A DNA stretch of 64,000 nucleotides from Mobula hypostoma (Eukaryota): positions 194,558,001 through 194,622,000 of the forward strand of contig NC_086097.1 in assembly GCF_963921235.1 (NCBI RefSeq), written 5' to 3'. Below the pieces are notes generated by a model that saw only the letters and a list, made by a program, of their open reading frames with translations, ran no database searches and was not told the origin of the DNA. Position 1 is the stretch's first letter. Every line of letters begins with the position of its first letter. Below are positions 27,301 to 38,530 of the stretch, in pieces. Made by a program: the position numbers and the translations under genes.

Positions 27301-29389
27301 CCACCCCCACCCCAACCAGAAACTCCATCCTTGTGCTTTCTTCTCCTAACAGCTCTCTTGCAAGGAGGAATTATACATAGAAAATAGAGAGATGTTGCGG
27401 TCAAATTAGCCCTGGAGGAGTGGACACCTTGACTGGAGGGGACTAAACATCTATTTGTGGTCTAGATGGATCTGAAAACCTGGCCTGTATACAAGAGCCA
27501 AAGCAGTTAAATTCACAACAGGCTCGGAGGTCTCTCTTTTTTAACCGTTTTGATTGTTATCATTACCTACCATCCAGTTTCGAAGAATCAGAAAAGGGAT
27601 GCCCTCTCCAGTCAGTCTGAACCACCAAATCTGGTCGCCAACCCAGAGTCCAACCTCCTGATGTCCAGGCTGGTGGCACTGGTCTGATGGGAGGTTAAGA
27701 CCATGTCAAGAGAGCACAACAGCAGGAGGCAGACCCAGGTAATGGCCCACTGGGTCACCTTTTCATCCCAAGTTCTGTCCATTCAGATGTCTTGCAGTGA
27801 GGGCACACATCACATATCACAGGCCATCCAGGGACTGCTGTAATAGCAGAGTTCAAGAGGTGGTTCTGGTGGTCAGGCAAGGATGGAGATGTCAAATCAT
27901 GCATGGCAGCATGCCATATTTGCACCCAGGACAAGGAACCCAGATCACATCCACAGGGGCTGCTACACCCACTGCCCATTCCTTCTCATTCCTGGTACCA
28001 TGGACTTCATTATCGGTCTGTAACCATCACAAGGTAACACAGATATCATGGTCATGATGGATCAATTCTCCAAGACCTGTCACTTTGTGCCTCTACTCAA
28101 TCTTCCCTCAGCTCAGGAGACAGCCAGCCTTGTGCTGTGACACGTGTTTAGAGGACATGGCTTTCTCTAGGAACTTGTTTCTGACCGTTGTTCTTGGTTT
28201 ACTTTCCAGTTCTGGAAGACCTTCTTTTAGTTCACTGGAGCCACCATCAGTCTCTTATTGGGATTTCACACCCAGTCCAGTGGGCAGACAGGGAGGACAG
28301 GGCCCTGAAGTATCTCTTGTTGAGCAAGCCACCACCTGGAGTGAAAACCTGCTCTGGGCAGAGTATGCTGATAACAGTCTGCATCACTCCTCTATGGACA
28401 TGTCTCCCTTTGAGTGCCAGTTTAGCCACCCACCCCCTCTGCTTCCTGAGCAGGAGTCTGAGGTGGGAGTCCTGTCTGCTGAACAGCTTGTCCTTCATTG
28501 CATGCGAAATGGAGGAAAACTTGGGCGGCCCTGCTGGAGAGCTCTCTGCACCAACAATGGCAAGCCAACAGTTGGAGGTCACTGGGCCTTCATTCTGTCC
28601 TGGTCAAAGGGTATGGCTCTCTACCAAAGACCTACTCTGTGGGATGAGTCTCAGAAACTGGTGCCACACTACATTGGACATTGGACCATTCGTGGTTCTC
28701 CGTCAAATCAACCCACTTACTTACTGTCTCCAGTTGCCACACACCATGCGTACCAATCCCATCCTCTAAAGCCCCTTCTTTGCGGTTCACCGGCGCCGTT
28801 CCCGAGATCACCCCAGGCTCCTTGCATCATCAATGGTCAGCTGGTATATTCTGTCTGTCAGCTTCTGGACTCTCGTCTGGTTCATGGATTGGGAGGTTTA
28901 CAGCACAGAGGAAAGCTTGTGGGTTCCCTCCTGTAGCATCCAGGACTTGGACCTGGACTTGACCAGAGACTTCCACTTTTGCCACCCGAATCACCCTGGA
29001 CCATCAGGTGCCAGCCATTGGCGGGCTTGGGGAGGGTGTCGATCATGCCTTGGTCTTGCCAGCTGGGGAGGCCAGAGTCCTCCAGGCTCCAACACTCCTC
29101 CTCCTTTGCTTATTAATTGATTATTTTCACCTGTGTCTTGTTTCCTCTGTGTTCATCTTTGTTCAGTCTTGAGCCCACCTATCCTGTGTGTAATGATTTT
29201 GGAGCCTGTCTTCTTTACTAACTAATCTGCAAGTAAAGATTCTTTGTTCTATAGATCCTTGTCTCTGATCTCCTCTGCACTTGGGTCCACCTGGTCTAAG
29301 TCTCTCTTAGTAGACCATTGTTTAAAGATGGAGAACTTCACCATAACAATCCCAGTTCAGACCTTGTCTGGCAACCACCCCTTGTTACA
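24306..29389 (+). mobile_element. Near full-length decayed Ty3/Gypsy chromovirus (sushi-like)
   Basis: Diverged LTRs at ~24306-24694 and 29037-29389, PPT GGGGAGGG at 29029-29036. Gag starts MDPA (24712) with KVAFIISLL and a CLYC..DH knuckle. [12 protein letters not shown], RNase H FLVEIDTSEIGIGAVL, integrase WSENLLWAEYADNS, chromodomain DWEVYSTEESLWVP. Confidence 0.9.
25890..26296. mobile_element. hAT (Charlie-like) MITE nested in the chromovirus
   Basis: Right TIR GGTTGAGAATGGCTG, degenerate left TIR, 8-bp TSD TACTAAAG / TGCTAGAG. Confidence 0.65.
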
Positions 29390-29908
29390 AACACATAGGG
29401 AAGCCTGGACAACCCAAAATGGTTGGCAGTTCTAGAGTATCTTGCAGCCTAACTCCAATGTTTCTGTCTGAGATCTTGCAGAATATTTTCAATGGATTTT
29501 AAAAAAACATTCAATAGTATTACAATTTGCAATTTGTAGAGCACTTAAGGGCATTGACTCTTCTGCTACACACCAACAGCCTCTTCAATTTTAATAGGAC
29601 TGAAGTTGAAATCCAGCCATTTTTGAAACGATGAATCTCTCATCTGTTTACAACATCCCCATGAGAATCTTATCTAATATGACTCAAATCAATTCCAAGT
29701 GATCTTCAACTTACAAAGCAAATTGCCAATAATCTAACAATAATTGGTACTAAATTCATATTTACACAAAGATGTCTTGAGAGTGTTTGATTTATGAAAG
29801 AGAATCAGTAAGTCCTCTGTGATTGATTTCATATTGAAGGACATGCAGGAGAGAAGACAAACATCCTACTGAGTTTATAAACTAACACCACACAGGCTGC
29901 GGCTGAAA

Positions 29909-29991
29909 TTAAACTACTGTCGCTCCAGTTGGAGGAGAATGACTTGGGTTCTCCTTGTCTATCAATTTCCCTGAGTCTTCTGCCACTGAAT
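29909..29991 (-). other. Candidate terminal coding exon of an unidentified host gene
   Basis: T-rich AG acceptor, then (x)SVAEDSGKLIDKENPSHSPPTGATVV-stop in non-repeat sequence. No homologue recognised. Confidence 0.3.
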
Positions 29992-30019
29992 CTAAAAAAA
30001 AACTGCTCAGTTTTCTGGC

Positions 30020-30108
30020 AACATACATCAAAGTTGCTGGTGAACGCAGCAGGCCAAGCAGCATCTATAGGAAGAGGCGCAGTCGACGTTTCAGGCCGAG
30101 ACCCTTCA
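30020..30108 (-). mobile_element. Short Penelope-derived insertion truncated at the hammerhead core
   Basis: TSD TCAGTTTTCTGGC at 30007-30019 and 30109-30121. Confidence 0.8.
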
Positions 30109-30325
30109 TCAGTTTTCTGGCTACTGGAGCATTCTAAGGAGTCACGGGAACATCTGTTCAATTTGATGCCCGTTCTTAAATAATACATTTAATGAATGCC
30201 AAGTGCCCTAAGGCAGCCTACCTGATTACAGGGTCAAGAAAACAAGTCATGGTTTTATACTTGATTCAAAGTTTTCCATGAATCTTGGAGCTGCTGGCTC
30301 TAGGCTATAAACCCTTGCTAAAAAC

Positions 30326-31700
30326 TATAGAAACATAGAAACATAGAAAATAGGTGCAGGAGTAGGCCATTCGGCCCTTCGAGCCTGCACCGCCATTCAG
30401 TATGATCATGGCTGATCATCCAACTCAGAACCCTGCACCAGCCTTCCCTCCATACCCTCTGATCCCCCTAGCCACAAGGGCCATATCTAACTCCCTCTTA
30501 AATATAGCCAATGAACTGGCCTCAAACAACAGGAATTCTGCAGATGCTGGAAATTCAAGCAACACACATCAAAGTTGCTGGTGAACGCAGCAGGCCAAGC
30601 AGCATCTGTAGGAAGAGGTGCAGTCGACGTTTCAGGCCGAGACCTCTTCCTACAGATGCTGTTTGGCCTGCTGCGTTCACCAGCAACTTTGATGTGTGTT
30701 GAATGAACTGGCCTCAACTGTTTCCTGTGGCAGAGAATTCCACAGATTCACCACTCTCTGTGTGAAGAAGTTTTTCCTAATCTCAGTCCTTAAAGGCTTC
30801 GCCTTTATCCTCAAACCGTGACCCCTCGTTCTGGACTTCCCCAACATCGGGAACAATCTTCCTGCATCTAGCCTGTCCAATCCCTTTAGGATTTTATACG
30901 TTTCAATCAGATCCCCCCTCAATCTTCTAAATTCCAACGAGTACAAGCCTAGTTCATCCAGTCTTTCTTCATATGAAAGTCCTGCCATCCCAGGAATCAA
31001 TCTGGTGAACCTTCTTTGTACTCCCTCTATGGCAAGGATGTCTTTCCTCAGATTAGGGGACCAAAACTGCACACAATACTCCAGGTGTGGTCTCACCAAG
31101 GCCTTGTACAACTGCAGTAGTACCTCCCTGCTCCTGTACTCGAATCCTCTTGCTATAAATGCCAGCATACCATTCGCCTTTTTCACTACCTGCTGTACCT
31201 GCATACCCACTTTCAATGACTGGTGTATAATGACACCCAGGTCTCGTTGTACCTCCCCTTTTCCTAATCGGCCACCATTCAGATAATAATCTGTTTTCCT
31301 ATTTTTGCCACCAAAGTGGATAACTTCACATTTATCCACATTAAATTGCATCTGCCATGAATTTGCCCACTCACCCAACCTATCCAAGTCACCCTGCATC
31401 CTCTTAGCATCCTCCTCACAGCTAACATTGCCGCCCAGCTTCGTGTCATCCGCAAACTTGGAGATGCTGCATTTAATTCCCTCATCCAAGTCATTAATAT
31501 ATATTGTAAACAACTGGGGTCCCAGCACTGAGTCTTGCGGTACCCCACTAGTCACCGCCTGCCATTCTGAAAAGGTCCCATTTATTCCCACTCTTTGCTT
31601 CCTGTCTGCTAACCAATTCTCTATCCACATCAATACCTTACCCCCAATACCGTGTGCTTTAAGTTTGCACACTAATCTCCTGTGTGGGACCTTGTCAAAA
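30326..31700 (-). mobile_element. Young CR1 LINE 3' fragment
   Basis: ORF 30677..31744(-) is open over about 330 aa of RT (FDKVPHRRL...KFADDTKLGG...NFFTQRVVNLWNSLP). Repeated ATAGAAAC tail. Confidence 0.95.
30526..30701. mobile_element. Penelope-derived palindromic insertion
   Basis: Inverted arms. 16-bp TSD AATGAACTGGCCTCAA at 30510-30525 and 30702-30717. Confidence 0.85.
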
Positions 31701-31974
31701 TGGTGGTATATGAATAAAAAGGAGATGTTGGAAATCCAAAGCAACTCTCACAAAATGCTGGAGGAACTCAGCAGATCAGACAGCATCTATGGAAATTTAT
31801 AAGCAGTTGATGTTTTGGACCCAAACTCTTCAGGGCACTATTATAGCTGTTTGTGGCACTGAAATTGAGCAAAAATAAAAGGACTATTATACTGGGATAT
31901 CTTAATTTGAAAAAGTACGATATATCAGAATTTTAAGGTCCAATATTTATATTTCATATTCTCTTATGTTGGAG

Positions 31975-33730
31975 TCCAAGACAAAGCTGAGTTTATTGTA
32001 ATATGCACAGACAACTAAAAAATACTTGCAGCAGCATCACAGGTACATAGCATCAGAAAGCAGCATTCACAAGAAAAAAAATTAACTAAACATAAGTTAT
32101 TATTTGTTGCAATAAAATACAATTAGAACAAAAGAAACTAAATCAATAAAAGAACTGAAGTGGCCAAAGAGCCCAAAGTGATTAGGTGTTTACCAGTTGG
32201 TTCAAGAATTGAATAGATGAAGGGAAGTCACAAACAAGAGAAAATCTGCAGATGCTGGAAAACCAAGCAACCAACACACACACACACACACAATGTTGGA
32301 GGAACTCAGCAGGCCAGGCAGTATCTATGGAAAAGAGTAAACAGTCAATGTTTCAGGCCGAGACCTTCCGTCAGGACTGATGAAGGGTCTTGACCTGAAA
32401 TGTTGACTGTTTACTCTTTTCCATAGATGCTGCCTAGCCTGTTGAGTTCCTCTAGCATTTTGTGTTAGATGAAGCGAAGTAACTTTATTTGAATCTGATG
32501 GCATGGGGCTTAAGTCTTCTGTACCTCCAGAATCAAAAGCAGAATCTGGTTGAAAAGATGGCATGACCTGGATAATGGGGATCTGTGATGACAGATACTA
32601 CCTTCCTGAGGCAGTGTCTCCTGTAGATACTACTAATAATTGGTATGGATGTACACTTAGTGTATTGTGCAGAGTTCACCAGTCTCTACAGCTTACGTTA
32701 TCTGCAGATTTAAATGGCTCTAACAGACTGTGATGTAATCAGGAAGGATAATTTCAATAGTATTTTTTAATGTTCAATGAAAAGGGAAACCTTAGCCTCC
32801 TAAGAAAGTAGAGATGAAGACACACTTCCTTTATGCTTGCATTTATTTTCTGGCCTCAGGGTAAGTCATCCAATATTTTAACATAATGTAAGTTAAAGCT
32901 GGTGTATATCTCCATCACTGATTCCCCAACATAGACTGGCACATGTTCACTCTCCTTTCCCTTCTTGAAATCAACAATCAGATCTTTAGTTTTGCTGAAA
33001 CTGATGTCTGAGGTTTGCTATTGCTGCACCACTCAACCAGGTGTCCTATTTCACTCTGGTAAGCTGACTTGTCACTTCCACAGTTACCAGCGTTAAGCTT
33101 GAAGATGGCATTGGAGCTGTGCTTAGCCACATGGTATAGAGAGTAGAACAGGGGATAAGCATGTAGGCTTGAGATATAGCTGTGCTGAAGGACAGTGAGG
33201 AGAAGATATTGTTGCCAATCTTTACTGACTGAGGCCTCATGATAAGGAAGTTGAGTATCCAGTTGCAGAGAGAGGTACAGAGGCCCAGGTCTGAAGCTTG
33301 ATGATGAGTTTGGATAGGATAATTGTGTTGAACACTGTTGAACAATGGACAGCAGCCCAATGTATAAGTTATTGTTGTCTAGATGATTCAGGACAGAGAG
33401 CTGGAGATATCACGTCTGCTGTTGACATGTTGTGGCAGAAGGCAAGCTGGAGCAGATACAGGTCATCTCAGAGACAGCAGTTGATTTGCTTTCATTATGG
33501 TTGAGTTAAGTGCTACTAGATGGTAGGTGTTGAGGCAGGTCATTGTGCATTTCTTGGGCACTGGTACAATAGACGCCTATTGAAGCAGGTACAAACCTTA
33601 GACCACAGAGCAAAAGTTTGAATATATGGTCCACATGTATGTTTAGCACTCGGCCAGGTATACTCTCTGACCAGACAACTTTCATGGATTCACTATCTTG
33701 AAGAATGCCTCAGAGACTGAAATTGCACAG
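31975..33730 (-). mobile_element. Old Rex1/Babar LINE
   Basis: DLGLCTSLCNWILNFL..RPQSVKIGNN in ORF 33046..33360(-), plus a 3' UTR like other Rex1 copies. Confidence 0.75.
32229..32466. mobile_element. Penelope-derived palindrome (older subfamily)
   Basis: Inverted arms centred on GTCAGGACTGATGAAGGG. Degenerate hammerhead on both strands. Confidence 0.8.
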
Positions 33731-33739
33731 TCATCCAGA

Positions 33740-34020
33740 GATGTGGGGATTTACAGCACAGAAAGAGCTCATTGAACACATCATGTCAGTGCTTATTTAC
33801 ATAATTTCCATTCCCCTCTTAATTCCCTGTTACCTATTCTCCCTCAGACTTCTACCAGTTTCCCCAACCTCCCACAATTTTTCTGCTACCTCTCCACGCT
33901 ACTGTAAATAACACTCACTGTGGCTAGTTAATCTACCAGCACTTTTCTGGGATGTGGGAGAAAAGCGGAGTACCCAGCAGAAATGACCTTAGTCACAGAG
34001 AAGCTGAGGTCAGGTGATGA
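33740..34020 (-). mobile_element. tRNA-derived SINE remnant
   Basis: Antisense V-domain-like GGATGTGGGAGAAAAGCGGAGTACCC. Confidence 0.55.
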
Positions 34021-34029
34021 GGGAGTACC

Positions 34030-34340
34030 AAATATGTGGAAAGGCTGTTTCCTATAGTGGAGGAATCTAGGACCAGAGGGCACAGCCTAAGAATAGAGGG
34101 ATGTCCATTTAGTGAGGAGATGAGGAACTTCTTTAGACAGAGGTTGGAGAATCTGTAGAAGCCAAGTCATTGTCTGTATTTAAGGCAGGGCTTGATAGAT
34201 TCTTGATTTGTCAGAGAGTGAAAAGTTACATAGAGAAAGCAGGAGAATGGGTTGAGAGGGAAATGGTTCAGCCATGGTGAAATAGCAGAGCAGACTCTAT
34301 GTGCCGAATAGCCTAATTCTGCTCCTATGTCTTAGAGTCT
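34030..34340 (+). mobile_element. CR1 3' fragment
   Basis: CTAGGACCAGAGGGCACAGCC...CCTAATTCTGCTCCTATGTCTT. Confidence 0.8.
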
Positions 34341-37300
34341 AATTGTCTTGACTGCTTTGCCAATGAAGTTAATCCAGATCACTCAGTCACCGAATATTTC
34401 TGACAGGATTGAATCTCCAGAAAGCTAATAAGAAAGGTCAGTGAAGGTGCAGTAACTGATGTAGTGTACATAGATCTCAGTCAGGTCCATCAAAGGTGAG
34501 AGAAGGTTGCTCGTCAGAATTACAGCCAGAGCCTGAGAGTGTGTTTATGTAGGCCAGCCAAAGATCAGTCTCTGGCAGGATGAGGTGGTGGTATGAGGTT
34601 GTGGGGAACTCAGGGCCCATATGGGAAGTCAGGGCATAATGGGTGCAAGGAACTTTGTATTAAAAAGATTGAAAGTTCAGTAGTTGGGAAATAGAAGGGC
34701 ACTAGGAAGAGGGATGAGGTCCTGAAGTGTGGGTTTCAGGAACTAGGCAGAAGGCTGAAGAACAGGACCTCGGGTGGTGTTCTCAGGATTGCTACCAGTG
34801 CTACGTGACAGTGATGGTAAGAATTGGAGGAGATGGCAGTGGAATGTGTGGCTGAGGAGTTGCTGCAGGGAGCAGGGTTTTAGATTTTTGGATCATTGGG
34901 ATCTCTTCTGGGGAAGGTGGGACCTGTACAGATTGGATGGGTTGCACCTGAACTCGCGGGGGAGCAATATCCTTGCAGGTAGGTTTGCTAGCATGGGTCG
35001 GGAGGATTTAAACTAATTTGCAAGGGGGATGGGACCCAGAGCGATAGAGCAGTGAAAGAAGTGCATGGAGTAAAGCCAGATCTAACATATAGAGAGGCTT
35101 TGAGGAAAGAGAAGCAGAATAAATGGTGTAAAGACAGTAAGGTAGAAGGGCTGAAGTGTGTGTACCTCAATGCAAGAAACATCAGGAACAAAGGTGATGA
35201 ACTGAGAGCTTGGATACATACATGGAATTATGATGTAGTGGCCATTACAGTGACTTAGCTGGCACCAGGGCAGGAATGGATTCTCAATATTCCTGGATTT
35301 CAGTGCTTTAAAAGGGATAGAGAGGGCAGAAAAAGGGGAGGAGGGTGGTATTACTGGTCAAGGATACTATTACAGCCACAGAAAGGGTGGGTAATGTAGT
35401 AGGATCCTCTTTTGAGTCAATATGGGTGGAAGTCAGGAACAGGAAGGGAACAGTTACTCTACTGGGGGTATTCTATAGGCCCCCTGGTAGCAGCAGAAAT
35501 ACAGAGGAGCAGATTGGGAGGCAGATTTTGGAAAGGTGCAAAAATAACAGGGTTGTTATCATGGGTGACTTTAACTTCCCTAATATTGATTGGCACCTGA
35601 TTAGTTCCAAGGGTTAAGATGGGGCAGAATTTGTTAAGTGTGTCCAGGTTGGATTCCTGTCACAGTATGTGGACAGGCCGACTGGGGGAATGCCATACTA
35701 GATCTAGTACTAGGTAATGAACTGGGTCAGGTCACAGATCTCTCAGTGGGTCAGCATCTGGGGGACAGTGACCACTGCTCCCTGGCCTTTAGCATTATCA
35801 TGGAAAAGGATAGAATCAGAGAGGACAGGAAAATTTTTAATTGGGGAAGGGCGAATTATGAAGCTATAAAGCTAGAACTTGCGGGTGTGAATTGGGATGA
35901 TGTTTTTGCAGGGAAATGTACTATGGACATGTGGTCGATGTTTAGAGATGTCTTTCAGGATGTGAGGGATAAATTTGTCCCGGTGAGGAAGATAAAGAAT
36001 GGTAAGGTGAAGGAACCATGGGTGACAAGTGAGGTGGAAAATCTAGTCAGGTGGAAGAAGGCAACATACATGAGGTTTAGGAAGCAAGGATCAGATGGGT
36101 CTATTGAGGAGTATAGGGAAGCAAGAAAGGAGCTTAAGAAGGGGCTGAGAAGAGCAAGAAGGGGGCATGAGAAGGCCTTGGTGAGTAGGGTAAAGGAAAA
36201 CCGCAAGGCATCTTCAATTATGTGAAGAACGAAAGGATGACAGGAGTGAAGGTAGGACCGATTAGAGATAAAGGTGTGAAGATGTGCCTGGAGGCTGTGG
36301 AAGTGAGCGAGGTCCTCAATGAATACTTCCCTTCGGTATTCACCAATGAGAGGGAACTTGATGATGATGAGGACAATATGAGTGAGGTTGATGTTCTGGA
36401 GCATGTTGATATTAAGGGAGAGGAGGTGTTGGAGTTGTTAAAATACATTAGGATGGATAAGTCCCCGGGGCCTGATGGAATATTCCCCAGGCTGCTCCAA
36501 GAGGCGAGGGAAGAGATTGCTGAGCCTCTGGCTAGGATCTTTATGTCCTCGTTGTCCACGGGAATGGTACTGGAGGATTGGAAGGAGATGAATGTTGTCC
36601 CCTTGTTCAAAAAAGGTAGTAGGGATAGTCCGGGTAATTATAGACCAGTGAGCCCTATGTCTGTGGTGGGAAAGCTGTTGGAAAAGATTCTTAGAAATAG
36701 GATCTATGGGCATTTAGAGAATCACAGTCTGATCAGGGACAGTTAACATGGCTTTGTGAAGGGCAGATCGTGTCTAACAAGCCTGATAGAGTTCTTTGAG
36801 GAGGTGACCAGGCATATGGATGAGGGTAGTGCAGTGGATGTAATCTATATGGATTTTCGTAAGGAATTTGACAAGGTTTCACACGGTAGGCTTATTCAGA
36901 AAGTCAGAAGGCATGGGATCCAGGGAAGTTTGGCCTGGTGGATTCAGAATTGGCTTGCCTGCAGAAGGCAGAGGGTGGTGGTGGAGGGAGTACATTCAGA
37001 TCGGAGGATTGTGACTAGTGGTGTCCCACAAGGATATGTTCTGCGACCTCTACTTTTCGTGATTTTTATTAACAACCTGGATGTGGGGGTAGAAGGGTGG
37101 GTTGGCAAGTTGCAGATGACACAAAGGTTGGTGGTGTTGTCGATAGTGTCGAGGATTGTCAAAGATTGCAGAGAGACATTGATAGGACGCAGAAGTGGGC
37201 TGAGAAGTGGCAGATGGAGTTCAACCCGGAGAAATGTGAGGTGGTACACTTTGGAAGGACAAACTCCAAGGCAGAGTACAAAGCAAATGGCCGGATACTT

Positions 37301-37490
37301 GGTAGTGTGGAGGAGCAGAGGGATCTGGGGGTAAATGTCCACAGATTCCTGAAAGTTGCCTCACAGGTAGATAGGGTAGTTAAGAAAGTTATGGGTGTTA
37401 GGTTTCATAAGTCGGGGGATAGAGTTTAAGAGTCACGATGTAATGATGCAGCTCTATAAAACTCTGGTTAGGCCACACTTGGAGTGCTGT

Positions 37491-37692
37491 AAACAACAGG
37501 AATTCTGCAGATGCTGGAAATTCAAGCAACACACATCAAAGTTGCTGGTGAATGCAGCAGGCCAGGCAGCATCTCTAGGAAGAGGTACAGTCGACGTTTC
37601 AGGCCAAGGTCTCGGCCTGAAACGTCGACTGTACCTCTTCCTAGAGATGCTGCCTGGCCTGCTGCGTTCACCAGCAACTTTGATGTGTGTTG
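37491..37692. mobile_element. Penelope-derived palindromic insertion in CR1
   Basis: Inverted arms. TSD CTTGGAGT(G/A)CTGT at 37478-37490 and 37693-37705. Confidence 0.85.
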
Positions 37693-38214
37693 CTTGGAGT
37701 ACTGTGTCCAGTTCTGGTCGCCTCACTATAGGAAGGATGTGGAAGCATTGGAAAGGGTACAGAGGAGATTTACCAGGATGCTGCCTGGTTTAGAGTGTAT
37801 GGATTGCGATCAGAGATTAAGGGAGCTAGGGCTTTACTCTTTGGAGAGAAGGAGGATGAGAGGAGACATGATAAAGTTGTATAAGATAATAAGAGAAATA
37901 GATAGAGTGGATAGCCAGCACCTCTTCTCCAGGGCACCACTGCTCAATACAAGAGACATGGCTTTAAGATAAGGGGTGGGAATTTCAAGGGGGATATTAG
38001 AGGAAGGTTTTTTACTCAGAGAGTCGTTGGTGCATGGAATACACTGCCTGAGTCAGTGGTGGAGGCAGATACAGTGGTGGAGGCAGATACACTAGTGAAG
38101 TTTAAGAGACTACTAGACAGGTATATGGAGGAATTTAAGGTGGGGTCTTACATAGGAGGCAGTGTTTGAGGGTTGGCACAACAATGTGGGCCAAAGGGCC
38201 TGTAATGTGCTGTA

Positions 38215-38530
38215 GAAACATAGAAACATAGAAAATAGGTGCAGGAGTAGGCCATCCAGCCCTTCGAGCCTGCACCGCCATTCAGTATGATCATGGCTGA
38301 TCATCCAACTCAGAACCCTGTACCAGCCTTCCCTCCATACCCCCTGACCCCTTTAGCCACAAGGGTCATATCTAACTCCCTCTTAAATATAGCCAATGAA
38401 CTACCTTCAACTGTTTCCTGTGGCAGAGAATTCCACAGATTCACCACTCTCTGTGTGAAGAAGTTTTTCCTAATCTTGGTCCTAAAAGGCTTCCCCTTTA
38501 TCCTCAAACTGTGACCCCTCGTTCTGGACT
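38215..38530 (-). mobile_element. Young CR1 3' fragment inserted antisense into the tail of another CR1
   Basis: Nearly identical to 30326-30840 without the palindrome. The host tail resumes at ~38530. Confidence 0.88.

Noticed and set aside
30677..31744. 355-aa ORF as an active reverse transcriptase gene
   Set aside because: 5'-truncated CR1 lacking the endonuclease and N-terminal RT. Both ORF ends come from flanking insertions.
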